Source: Oikopleura dioica
Lineage: Eukaryota > Animalia > Chordata
Assembly: GCA_907165135.1 (NCBI GenBank)
Contig: OU015569.1
Span: forward strand, 10,354,001 to 10,418,000
Direction of reading: 5' to 3'
DNA length: 64,000 bases
The notes below the pieces were generated by a model, which saw only the letters and a list, made by a program, of their open reading frames with translations, did not search any database and was not told the DNA's origin. The stretch's first letter is position 1; the number at the start of each line of letters is the position of its first letter. A program made the translations under genes and the position numbers. This document shows, piece after piece, positions 13,095 to 25,153 of the stretch.

Positions 13095-14798
13095 AACTCT
13101 TATTTTCTACACTATTTTTTCTCATTACATTCTACACACTGCTCTAATCAAATCTGTATATTTTTACTCGATTTTTTTCTCGATATTAACATTTTCTGCG
13201 TATTTTTTTTGCTGAAATGCTCTAATCTGCTATTCACCGACCCTAATAAACTCATCAATTAGGAACAAATCAATGCGGTTCTATCACTCTTTTTGGGGCT
13301 CTTGTTTGACAGAAGGCCACTTTTCTTAAAATCGCAGTGGAGTTGAAAATAGGCAAGAAAGTGGTGCAATGGTGGTGCTGGTTCCTTTGATTTGTGTTGT
13401 TTTGGAAACAAGCGCAGATGGTTGCGGCTCGAGCTCGGAGGTTAAAAGAATTTTTTTTCGAAAACGATTCAATTTACCCGATTACTGCGCCGAGCGGGCT
13501 GTAGACACTACACCAAGATCTTATTTCAAATTTTGTAATTTTTAATCGTAAAAATACAAACATTCATTTCTATAATTCATAATTCCAAAAAAAAAAATGT
13601 AAAAACGCAGCTGAGGCGATATTATTTGTTTGGTGTGAGTGGCGCTCTCTTTTTTGGAATGTACTACTGCCTAATTTCCATACCATACAAGCAAGCAAGC
13701 AAAAACATTATCATCATCTGCAATAAAAGAAAATGAAAATTGTTCAATACTGCAACTTATCAACAGGCCCGTATAGCAATAAGCGAAGTTTTTGAGTGAT
13801 TTTTTTATGTATTGAAAAAAGTGTTGATTGCCTTTTGTCGCGCGCAGGTGATGAAACTTTTTTCTAGCGCCTAGGAATCAAAACTGACCTTAATTTCATA
13901 CCTCTTCAATGAAAATATTTGCGGAACGGTTCTTCACTCTTGCGCAAAAGCTAACCGCAAGAGTTATTTCTTTTTCGCAGAGCAATAAAAGACGCTGCTT
14001 TTTCCAAGTTTATAGCGACAAGCTTGTGGATTCAGCTTGGAAAATGGTAAAATTTGTAATCTTTATTTGTTTCTTTACGATTTCACAGCTGCATCCCAAA
14101 GCTCCAAAACCTAGCAGACAAGGTCATCATCAAGGTCAGCACTCAAGACATCATCAAAAAAGAAACGCTTTTTATTTTAGAATACAGTCGATGTTTCAGT
14201 AAAAGACATGTATCGAGATGAAAGTCGCTTTCTCTGCAATTTTTTTCTCTTTCCAGAAAGCTTATAATTCTCCCTGTAAAAACTGATTTTGATGAATTCG
14301 AAGGTACCTCCATTTGAAGAAAAACGAAGATGATGGTGATAGTAATGACATAAATGAAGATCAATATCCCGGCCTAAATTCTCAAATTCAATAACTTCTT
14401 TAAATGCCATCAAATAAAATAAGCCGAGTTTGACCCGATTTACCTGAAGAGCAACATTGCACAAAAGGCTGGAATCAGTTCGCCGTGGACATTTCCACTT
14501 TTCGAAAAAAATCATTAAATCGCTGCTGCTCATTGAATCTTTTTATCTCCTCCCATTAAATGACTCGCTTTGGGGCTGAAGAAAAACACATTTTAATTTC
14601 TGCACATTCAAATTGGTGACACGTGAACAGCAGGCAAATTAGTGTAAGGCTTATTGATTAAGAATTAATCACACTCTTTCATCCCCCCCAACCATTTCTC
14701 TTTATTATTCTGCCTCTAAGTCTAAAAAACGTTCCACTTTAGTAATACTACTGGGGGTTATCCAAGACGAAAATTGGAACAGACATATGGAAAATCGG

Positions 14799-15906
14799 TT
14801 ACTTGAACCACTCATCGTCAATAATTTGCTGGCTAATCGGTTTCATCTGATTTATTTTCTAAGTTGCGATTAATACTAACATTGACCGCCTTTTTTCCAA
14901 AATTACTTTACTCATATATTTTACTATTGATAGTGTTTCAGTTGAAATCGGAAATTTATATCTTGAGGAAATTTTGTCGTCAGTCCTTGTTGTCTTCAGT
15001 ACCATTTTTTCAAAGGAAGTGCTTTTCGTTTCGCAATCGTTTTCGACTTTTTCGATGGGTTTCTCACGGGTGTGCTTTTCGGTGTCAAGGAAAAGTAGCG
15101 GACACATGCCAAGTAAACAGCCGAGGACGATTCTAAACGAAATCAATTGAAAAATGCAACAGAAAAATTGACGAAACTTACCCGAACGCCTGCCCAGAGT
15201 TTCGCGCTACTCTCGCATGCGTAGAATCTGCTTCTTGAGCAGAGAACTTGGGAGCTGGGAGTCCCATTCGATCTGCAACCAGTTCGATGTAGCCGCCTAA
15301 AGAGAGCATTCCCATTTGCCGATTTGCTACTCATTTTGCTTACCGAAGAAGATTCCTACAACGTCTGAGATGGTGTTACCAAGGCCGGCTGCAGCAAGTA
15401 CCGATATGTGAAAGTACACGCCTATATGAATCATGCTTTTATCACGAAATATATATTTGCAAACCTAAAGTTGCCTCAAAGTAGTCTCCAGCGATCAACA
15501 TCACAAAATTATCTAAAAAGCCGAATCCAATGAACGGAACAGCATTGTGGACGAAGCAAATTCGCAGTTGCGTATTCGATGGCTACGAATGTTCGATACA
15601 ATCAAAGACGAAAACGCTAGAATAAAAGAAACCTTGACTGTAACAGAAGTCCGCGCGTGCATTGCGATATTCTCATCACCCTCTCGACGAAGTCGTCGGA
15701 GCTCATGTTCGATCGCCTGTCGCTTCTTCACATCCAGAGTTTTGCAGAATTCTAGTTTCGAAAAAATCCTTTTTCGTTCAATTTTTCTCTGGTTTACCTT
15801 TGACATCATAATTCCCAGCTGATTGCGAGGACTTGAAAAACGAACTGTTGAAAGAGCCAGCGGACTGGTTTCTCAAAGACGCTTGCAAAATTTTTCGCCG
15901 GAGCAT
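14799..15906 (-). CDS. TMEM65: Transmembrane protein 65 (mitochondrial)
   Basis: Spliced exons read QLRICFVHNAVPFIGFGFLDNFVMLIAG...LAAAGLGNTISDVVG...GGYIELVADRMGLP...IVLGCLLGMCPLLFL. Arg/Ser-rich transit-peptide-like start MLRRKILQASLR. The last exon is tentative. Confidence 0.88.
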
Positions 15907-16193
15907 TTTTTGCGCGAGACTGAAAAAGGAACCAGCGAAATCGAAGAAAAGCGGCTTGAGATCTGCATCTGCGCGCGATCACCGTTGAAAAGCCGAAAAT
16001 ACGAATTTCTTTTTAGAATTAATTATTATGTAATAGACTATTAGTAGTTGGCGAGCGTAGCTTCTATCAGCGAGACACGACTGGTAGTCGCGAAGACAGA
16101 CTAATTTTGATGTCAACAAATAAACATACAAACTGTTAGAATATAACTCTTACTGCGATGGAATTAATCTACTAAAAGAGAGAGTTATAAATT

Positions 16194-17244
16194 ATGGCGG
16201 TCTCTACACTTGCAGAGGCACTAGCCACTTTTCAGGTGTTTGCCACTTTTTTATTAAGTTCATTTTTTATCTTGTAAACTAGCTCGAATGCTCTTGGACA
16301 TCAGCAAAAATCGAGCTGAATCAAAACATCGCCGTCTTCGAGGATTCAATCACAGCTGACAAAATTTCAGATCAAAGCATTTTCCTTTATGTAAACGACA
16401 ACAACAACGAAAACTGTCGATTCAACAGCCTCTCACACGAATGGACCTTCAACGAATGCGCGAAGAATGGCAAGAACAAGATCATCTACGATCGTAATCA
16501 TGAAATATTTTCATCGCCAAAGGTGGCTTACTACTTTTTGTCGCTATGAATTGAGTGATTTGAAAGGTTCTTTTCGAAGTGGAGTGTTTGACGGCAACTT
16601 CTTCTAAAAGCGTAACAGGTTTTATTAAGTATAAATTAATTCAAAATCCCATTGACGAACTAAGTTGACAACCCTTTTCTCCATGCTGACCAAACTCCCG
16701 GCTTTCCTCCTTTCGACGTTGGGTCAATATCTGATAATCCTGACGAGGAACTTGAAGATGTCCCGAAGCTTTCCAGTTTCACTCCACTTGTAGGACTATC
16801 GATCTGCATCTGGATTAAGAGTATCCTAGACTGTTCCTTTAAAATTCATCTACACGAACGGTGGCACTGAAGTACCAACTGTAGGAAACAAGCTTCTGGT
16901 CGACGACGAAGTAACTGTGTCACTCAATCTTGAGGGCTTTCCTGAAGGAGTTGGAGGTGCATTAGGCAAATGCGGAGTGAGCTTAGCTGGAAGAAAGACA
17001 ACAATCTTCAATGACGGATGCGCAACTGTAGAAGGAGTCCGTGCAAACGCACTCAATAGCTTTGACTTTGCTCTGCCTTTCTGCAGCGATTTCTCAACAA
17101 AGCTCATCGGTAATTGATTTTGGGATGCAAAAAAGCGAAAACACAGTTTTAGAAATATCCTGCACTGGAAGTTTTTGCACAAGTGATTTTTGCGAAGGAG
17201 AACTTCCTTTATGCCCGTCTGTTCATAATTTCATATCTTGCTGA
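16194..17244 (+). CDS. Divergent zona pellucida (ZP)-module protein
   Basis: GT-AG exons give a ZP-N-like Cys pattern (LECSWTSAKIEL...NCRF...FNEC...FEVECL) and a ZP-C-like part (GKCGV...IFNDGC...FDFALPF...LEISCTGSFCTSDFCEGELPLC). Confidence 0.6.
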
Positions 17245-17676
17245 AAGAACAATCGCTACTATAAAACCTGCAAAAAGTAATAAAATTTCCCTCTTGTCTT
17301 GAAAGTTTTTGATATCTTCCATAGTCACATGAGGGCTTGATATTTTCATCACGTGATTTTTACGCTGAGTAAAAAGATTAATGATTATTGTCTTGGGGGC
17401 AAAATCTACCGGTAGTGTCGTTTACTCGTCTTATAAAATCACTTAAGAGCAGGCGGCAAGGATTATTGTTCGTCTCATTGTCCGACTAGAAGCGTTTTGT
17501 GTGTCCAAACTACTTAGACCCCGCGCACTCGTGTGTGCCCAAGGGCGTCAAACAAAAATATTACGAGAAGTAGATCGGACGAATAGTTTTATGACTTTTA
17601 TAGATACTCGATCATCTTCGAGGACAGGAACCTTCTGAGCGAAAGAAAGAAATACTCGAAACATCAAAAGAAAAGA

Positions 17677-20600
17677 ATGAGCCAGAAAGACAAGTCAGAA
17701 CTCATTTATCGCAGAGTTCGAGAGATTTACGAAACGGAAGAGACGTTTGTCAATAAGCTTAGGAAAGGTCAACTTTGTCAGCTTTATTTGTTTTTGCTTA
17801 ATTACGCAGAAAGCGGCTAGTAGTAGAGACCGAATTAAAGAGAGTTCATCAGCGCTGGAAAGAAAGGCATCGAGCAGATACCCGAGCTGAACAATGGCCT
17901 CTGTGAAAAAATCTCAGACGTTATTCACGCCTTGCGTCCGGGTATAAAAGAACTAAACGTGTACAAATACTTCATTCTTCTATTCTAGTCCTTAATTTTC
18001 ACAATGAATATCTACTTATCAAGTTGAAAAAATGTGATGGGCAAATGGATGCAGGAATGAGTTAACAGAGCTCTGTAGTAAATTCGCGAATTAAAGTTAG
18101 TCACAGTATTTCTGTATTTTCTGTCTACGCGAGTAACTCAAGGATCAGACATCAGAATGTCAAAAGTTGCGGATATCTTCTGTGAACTGGACAACGAAAG
18201 TCTTTTTGAAGAACATTACCGGACTTATATCAAGCACTATGCAAAGTACACTCATTTTACGAAGCTGATGAGTCGGGAAGAATACGCGCCCATTCAAGAG
18301 CTGATTCAAAATAGCTTGAAACTCAAGCTCGGCCACGACGCATATCTTGTGGAGCCAATTCAACGGGTCTGCCGATATCCAATTCTCCTCAAAGCCGTGT
18401 TAAAAAGTGCGGAAGACACGAACTCTCCGGCAGCGGCAAAACTCGCGACGGCGACGGAAATCATGGAGAAGCAGGCAAGAGTGATCAACGAGCTGCAACA
18501 GACTGCGGACCATTTTATAGATGCGCGCGATGAATCTGTTGTCAGAAGAACAGTTAGAAAAGCTCGCGGAAAAGCTCTTCGAAGGGATAAAATTCACAAA
18601 GCAAAGGATCACAATTTTGTGTCGAAGTTTTTCAACCAGCCGACTTTCTGTGCCCACTGCACCGATTTTATTTGGGGCATCAACGCTAAGCAAGGATTCA
18701 AGTGCACTTGCTGCCAAGTCTCCGTCCACAAGCGATGCTACAAGTACATCAATTTCAACTGCACAAGAAGAAGTGATGGAACAATCAAAGCCTCACTAGA
18801 AACCAAAGCTCACGATTTCGCAGAACAGAACTATTATAAACCGACATTTTGCGGACACTGCGGCGTCCTGCTTGTCGGATTTACGAAACAAGGCCTGCAG
18901 TGTCGAATCTGCTCGCTTAACGTCCACCGCAAGTGCAAAGATCTGGTGGTGGGCTGCATTCCAGAGTCTGAACGCAATGAACGCTATGGCCGAATCAACC
19001 TCAAAATTGAAATTTATCAACGACGGTGCCATATTGATATTTTTCGTGCGCATAATCTACCTCCGATGGATGCTAATGGCTTCTCCGATCCCTTTGTCAA
19101 GATATCCATAGCTTAGGGTTTTAATCTTTTACTGATATTGACAAAGAGCAAACAAATAACACTTGCACATCTTTAGTAACAGTTTAAACGACTTTTGATC
19201 GTTATGAATTCACTTGAAAAACCCTAAAATAAGACCCAGAACCGAAAAATCAGAAAATCAAAAAAATGAAGACAGAAATAAAGTCAAAGAACCTCAATCC
19301 AATTTGGAACGAAAGTTTCGTTTTTGAAGTCGGCCAACTAGACGTCTCATCCCGAATTATCGTCTCTGTCTACGACCACGATTCCTTCGGCAGCAATGAT
19401 TTCATCGGTGCAACTTCTTTCTCCATTTCCGAAGTTCAAAAAAGCACTGTCGACGGGCTTTATCGTCTGCAAAATCCAAGAGATGGTCGCCTTTTCAATC
19501 ATTTGTTGGAGCACAATACGAACAAGTATGGCGAGCTCATAGGACTGATGAACATTAAAAAATCCGACGATGATAAATCGAAAGTTGCTCTTAGCGACTT
19601 TGACCTTGTATCCACGATTGGAACGGGGAGTTTCGGACTAGTGCTTCAAGCAAAGTTGAAATCTGGACGAAATGTTGCCCTCAAGAAACGCGGTTAAAAT
19701 AATAACTTTTCATCGTAAACAAATGTTGAAACTATTAGACCATCGAAAGTCGAAATAACCCGCATAAAAGTGCATCAGCAAAGGAGAACTCAATACCGAA
19801 GCAGACATTGATGCAGTTATCGAGGAAAAAAAGACGCTTCAGCTGTGCAGAGAGTGCAATTACATTGTGGACATTTTAGCTACGTTCCACACACCTGAGT
19901 ATGTGATGCTTGCTCTTGAATTCCTACCGGGCGGCGATCTGTACTTTCACATTATGAACTCTGAATTCAATGTCTTCTATTTGAACGATGTGCTCTTCTA
20001 CACGGCTCAAATTTCCGAAGCCTTGGATTTCATCCACACCAACAAGATTATCTACCGGTAAAAAGAGCCACTATATCACCAAGTATTTTCTAATAATGAT
20101 CAACACTCGCGAAAGAATGAATTTAGCGATTTGAAATTGGATAATGTCGTTTTGGATTCGAAGGGATACGTGAAACTGGTCGATTTCGGTTTGGCAAAGA
20201 GCGTGGAGGAAACAAACGGAAAGTCGAGAACTTTTTGTCAAGGGTCATTAAATTTGAGTTAGCTGCAGTCTTGTTATTAAATGCATTTATAACAAATATA
20301 AATGCTCAATTATTTTTGACCCCGAGATAAGTGGAACACTCGAGTACATGGCTCCTGAGATTTTGGCGGGATTCGAATATTCCTATTCTGTCGATTTCTG
20401 GGCACTTGGAGTTTTAATCTTCGAAATGATCTACTCGATACGACCATATCAATCCCACGACGAGGAGAAACTAAAGCAAATGGTCCTGGAGGACCCGATT
20501 CGCTTCCCAAGACAAATCGTAGAAAACACCATCCCTTCTTCTGTTCAAAGTCTGCTCAAGCTGCTTTTGACCAAGAGTCAAGATGACAGACTCAAAAGCT

Positions 20601-20910
20601 ATAGAGAAATGAAAGAACACGCGGCTTTTGAAAATTTCGACTGGGAAGGGTTGAGAAACCGGTCAATCATACCTTCAGTTATTCCAAATGTGGAGTCCAA
20701 TTTGAACTTCGACCCTGAGCTTGCACATTACAGGAAGTGGTTTTGCATTTTCTTTTTTTGGCATGGATCATGATTCATGGACGATTTTAAAAACCAAAAA
20801 AAAGTCCTCAATTATCGCAAGTGCAAAATGTAAATATCAACTTGGATCTGTTCTTCGACAACTTCGAGGAAATTTTCTGTGAAGACTTATTGATAAATTC
20901 TGCTAAATAA
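17677..20910 (+). CDS. RhoGEF (DH) domain fused to a conventional protein kinase C (C1A-C1B-C2-kinase)
   Basis: DH motifs: VREIYETEETFVNKL, VLNFHNEYL, YLVEPIQRVCRYPILLKAVLK. Pseudosubstrate-like RGKALR. Two C1 domains. C2 domain with MDANGFSDPFVK and YDHDSFGSNDF. Kinase motifs GTGSFG, VALK, YRDLKLDN, DFG, TFCGTLEYMAPE. Nine exons. Confidence 0.9.
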
Positions 20911-21111
20911 ACGTTCTTTGTTCTCACCTTCCTAATTTCATAAAAACTGCGGTATTTCCAACGTGAGTAAATGAGTAAGTCAGTGGGTGAGGTATTTCTC
21001 GGGAAAGCACCTGCATGAGTACATTTTTGTTCTGCCGAATGTTCGTGCCCTCTGGCGTGGCGGATATAAACGTGCGATTGTGTTCCAAAAAGATCCATTC
21101 ACGAAGAAAAA

Positions 21112-21822
21112 ATGAAAATTTCTGCATTATTTTTGAACGTTGTCGTAAGTTTTAAATCTTCTCCAGAGATAGAAAATTGACCCTCGAGATAATTAATAAA
21201 ACGAGTTCAGTTTTCTACTGATCCAACTTCGACCGAAGCTGCCGAACAGTCCAGTACAACTGTGGTTACAACGACAGGATCAGATTTAGCTGCTACAGGA
21301 GCTTCATCTTCTTCGACGGAATTGCCAAGTTCGTCGACGACAACAACAGAAACGCCAGCAGAGTCTGAGCCATCGGTTGTTCCCGTTTGCCCGCCCCAAA
21401 GTGTCCCATCCGTAGAATATGATATGAAAATCAAGACCACCGGAGATCTCTTCGCCGGCACAGATGATCCCGTCTACATCATGTTCAACGGAGAGAACGT
21501 TTCAACTAAACTGACTCAAATTCCGGATGACCCACAACCTTCTGACTTTGAACGAGGGCAAACAGAGTAAGAAGAAAAAAATTAAAAATAATTTTCAAAA
21601 GTTCTTCTCAGCGAATTTACAGTAACAGTCACTGGAATCGACGAAATCAAATCGGCGACAATCATCAAACCAGGAAACGACAGGTGGTACGTGGAAGACT
21701 TCTCGCTCACCGCTGGAAACTCTACTCTCGAGTTTGATTGTTTTAAAACGCGAGTCGATGGCTCCCAAAAACCGCTCGTTTGTACACTAAAAGAAGATGC
21801 TGCTGATGATAAATCTGAATGA
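21112..21822 (+). CDS. Secreted Ser/Thr-rich protein with a PLAT/LH2 domain
   Basis: TATA-like atataaa at about 21064. Signal peptide MKISALFLNVVFS, mucin-like stalk, then YDMKIKTTGDLFAGTDDPVYIMFNG...DFERGQTDEF...WYVEDF (PLAT). Two GT-AG introns. Confidence 0.8.
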
Positions 21823-22453
21823 TTACAGACACTTGTGATAATTTACTTGAATTCTAAATAGAATTTCTAAGAAAAAAAATTGTTAATCTCCATTCGATCT
21901 TTCAAGAGAATCTGGGCATATCTTGACCTGTTGTTGGTGCAAGAGTTTACGAAGAGGAAATTGCGAGCGAAGTTGACATAGTTTTAAGTTCTGTCGATTT
22001 ACTGTCTTGACACAACGTACGCATTTAGCACCTTCTCGGGGAAGACTACAGTTGTTGGCACATTTCGAGGCGAGATGAATCTGCATTAAAATAAATTCCC
22101 CTGGATAAATTTGGAAAATAAGCAGACAACGGGAAAATAAATTTTTGATAAGGAGAGACACAACGCGTGCCTGTTTTTGATCATCAGGAAAGTGTTTAGA
22201 TAAGCTTCCAGTCTATGAATTTTTCAAAACGCAGAAAGCAAAATCAATCCAAAAAAGTTGGCACTTGGCTAGACTGAAGCAAGTGTAGAGAGAAGTTTGT
22301 GCGTTTACTCTAGTATCGAGATACGCTTCTGAGGCGATAACCCCACTGAATGTGAAAAGCCCTTTCGATTAATAATGTATTTCATTTCGGTCGTTTATTA
22401 TAGTTAAGAAAAGATGCAAGAGTAAAGAAAAAATGTGAATACTGCACCAAGGC

Positions 22454-23235
22454 ATGGACATCAGAGATTTACAAGAAAAAATTAGCCAGCTAGCGGCAAG
22501 CACAATTAATGACTTTGCGAATCAAGTTCAGGTAGTAGCAACTCGCAGCGTCACTCCCCTTTTCTTGAGCATTTAGACACTCCTCAATGATTTCAATTCA
22601 ACTCAAAATGCCATTCCTTCCAATGAAACAGGTGAATTTCGTTTAAAATGAGTGCTTTTTCGAGTGAGTTTCGAACTTTCTTTATAATCGGGTCAAAGAA
22701 TTCTTCAAGAAATTCTTCAAGAAGTCAATTTGCTTTATCGAAACCGCGTAAAGTTACTGTCATAACTATCCTTCAACACTGAATATTTTGGAATCCAAAT
22801 CATGCCCGAACAGAATTTTCCCCTTCTGGCAATAATTACGTTTTTATTCTTTCGAAATAATGCTTTTTGATTATTTAAAGATTTATTTAATATCCATTGA
22901 CTACATAAACCCTGTCACTAATTGCTTCAAGCTATAAACCTGACTTATCTTTTTAGAAATAGAAGCATCCACAGAAGAGTTTCTATCAGGAGAGTCAGGA
23001 CGTAATCTAACAGAAACAAACGAACACTCGACTGGATTTCATGGAACCACCACGCTTATTATTCTCTTCGTTCTTTTAGGCATCGTTCTCGCCGCAGCTG
23101 TTGGCACACGAATATGGTAGACTAGAGGACTTCATTGAAAACCTGGTCTAACAAATCTCCTTCAGGAACAGATGGCGGAAAGCAAAGTCAAAAGAGGAGG
23201 ACCGTCGACAAGTTTACTTGTATAGTTGGTACTAA
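22454..23235 (+). CDS. Small single-pass membrane protein of unknown function
   Basis: Four GT-AG exons in frame. N-glycosylation sequons, TM segment LIILFVLLGIVLAAAVG, basic cytoplasmic tail ending YLYSWY. Confidence 0.55.
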
Positions 23236-23710
23236 CATGGCCTGATGCTTTTTGCGAGATAAACTGCTCCATAAACCTGCGATTCATAATTCTGCCTCAT
23301 AAACTGCTCGTTTTTGTAAATATTAAAATAAAAAAACGACAAGATTTGTATGAAAGCCATGTATATTTATCCTGACAGAGAAGAAGAAAAAGGGTGCGAC
23401 AAAGTTGTTCATAAGATTTTAGTTTTCGAACTCATGAAATCTTATGCTTTCGTGTTTTAAAAAGTTTGTTACGTCCAGAATGGAGGAATCATTTATTTAA
23501 GCCAATAAATTAAATTTAGGTAAAGCTGTAATGAGATAGGGTCAAGACAACTTAGAGGGTTCTCAATGGAGCAATAAATAATATTCGATATGTCTGTGAT
23601 AGGGCTTTAAAATCTTTTCAAAAAGAATGATCAGAATCTCAAAATTGATCATTCTAAAAATTAAATAAGAAGTTAAAGCCTTGCCTAATCTGTTGCTTTG
23701 TAAATGTTCT

Positions 23711-24910
23711 TTACTTGAACTTTCTCAAGTCCTCAGAGCGAACGACCTTCATGGTCTTAGAAGAGGCAAACACTCGCTTGGTGCCGACTGTGACCAAGAA
23801 GAAGACGGGAACGAAGAGGCCAAGGATTCTCATCAAAGCGAGTTGTCGGTTATCCTAAACAATTGATTGATCTACCTACAAAAATCTGCTTCTTTTACCT
23901 TGGAAACATCGGTGGAGTATCGCAGGAAGGTGACGATATCTTTAGCGATCTGGGACATGTATGGTGGAGTGTCATCACCCATCTCCTTGTAGTCAACAGT
24001 TTCGTTGTAGATAGGCTTAAATAAACACTGAGGAAGGGATTTATAGAGTTGCATCAGTACCTGAGCCATACCAATAGCACCACCAGCGAAGTAGGCATTG
24101 TAGTTCATGCCTTCAGCGACTTGGACACCAGCTGGGGGATCGCAGTAGCCAGTGAGAAGCTAGAACATATATAGTTAATACAATTGTTGACTGTAGGGAT
24201 GACAGTGGAACTGGACTTACAGAGTAGAGGTAGTTCTCGTTGCCTTCTCGGGCCCAGCAGATGAGGGAAAGATCTGGGGGGAGGGCACCAGCGTTGGCGG
24301 CTCGCGCGGCCTTCTCGTTAGCGTATGGCTTGGGGATAGTGTCAAATGGCTTGCATGGTCGAACGACGGGGTTGCCTTCATCGTCGGGGGTGTCGTCGAC
24401 GCACTCGAACTCCTTGGCAATCTTCTTGACTTCTTGCTCGGTGTGGGACTTGCCGATCAACTCTCGGAAGTAGAAATACTGGAGAGAGTGGCAGGTGGAG
24501 CAGACCTAATTGACAGCGAATTGAGAATCGTTTCGAGTAGAGAGATAAAAGCGCTTACCTTCTGGTAGACGTACCAGCCTCGTCGGAGGGCAGCGGCATC
24601 AAGGGCGTTACCGAACTTGTTGAAGTCCCACTCGTAGGTAGGAAGGTGGGGTCCGCCACCGGATGCCTTGGCCTTTTTCGATTCCGTGAAGCCTGAATAG
24701 GATTTTTTCAAAATCACTTGATGATTTTCGGCAATTTTTTAATTTAATTTATCTTGAATTTGAATGCATAATCTTTGGCAAGAAATCTGTTTTTCCTGAA
24801 ATTGATTTTTTGGGAAATATCTAATCATTCGTACCGTCAAGGGAGACGAAGAATGTTCCAACAGCGCCGCCGGCGAGTGTTCCGGCTGTAAGTCGGCGAA
24901 TCGCTTGCAT
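23711..24910 (-). CDS. CYC1: Cytochrome c1, mitochondrial complex III
   Basis: ALRRGWYVYQKVCSTCHSL (CxxCH), ARAANAGALPPDLS, YFAGGAIGM, QIAKDIVTFL, C-terminal TM helix. Confidence 0.95.
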
Positions 24911-25153
24911 TCTAGAACCGAAGAATTATATTCTCTTGCGACTACGTCATAACGTGAATAGTTTGCCCCCGGGAGCGTGCGTTAGCTATGCAATGAGTTT
25001 GAGTGTTGACTCACACTATTGGTCTGATCTTATTTCACGCGCCCGAAGCGAGAAAAAAGTCCTTTTTTTCAAGAGTTTTTTTATGAAAAGAATATTATGT
25101 TGCAGTATAAAAATAGAAGCTCAGTTGTTAAGAATATATAAGAATAGCAAAGA

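Noticed and set aside
13909-14533. Possible small gene on either strand
   Set aside because: No consistent spliced model or recognisable domain could be built.
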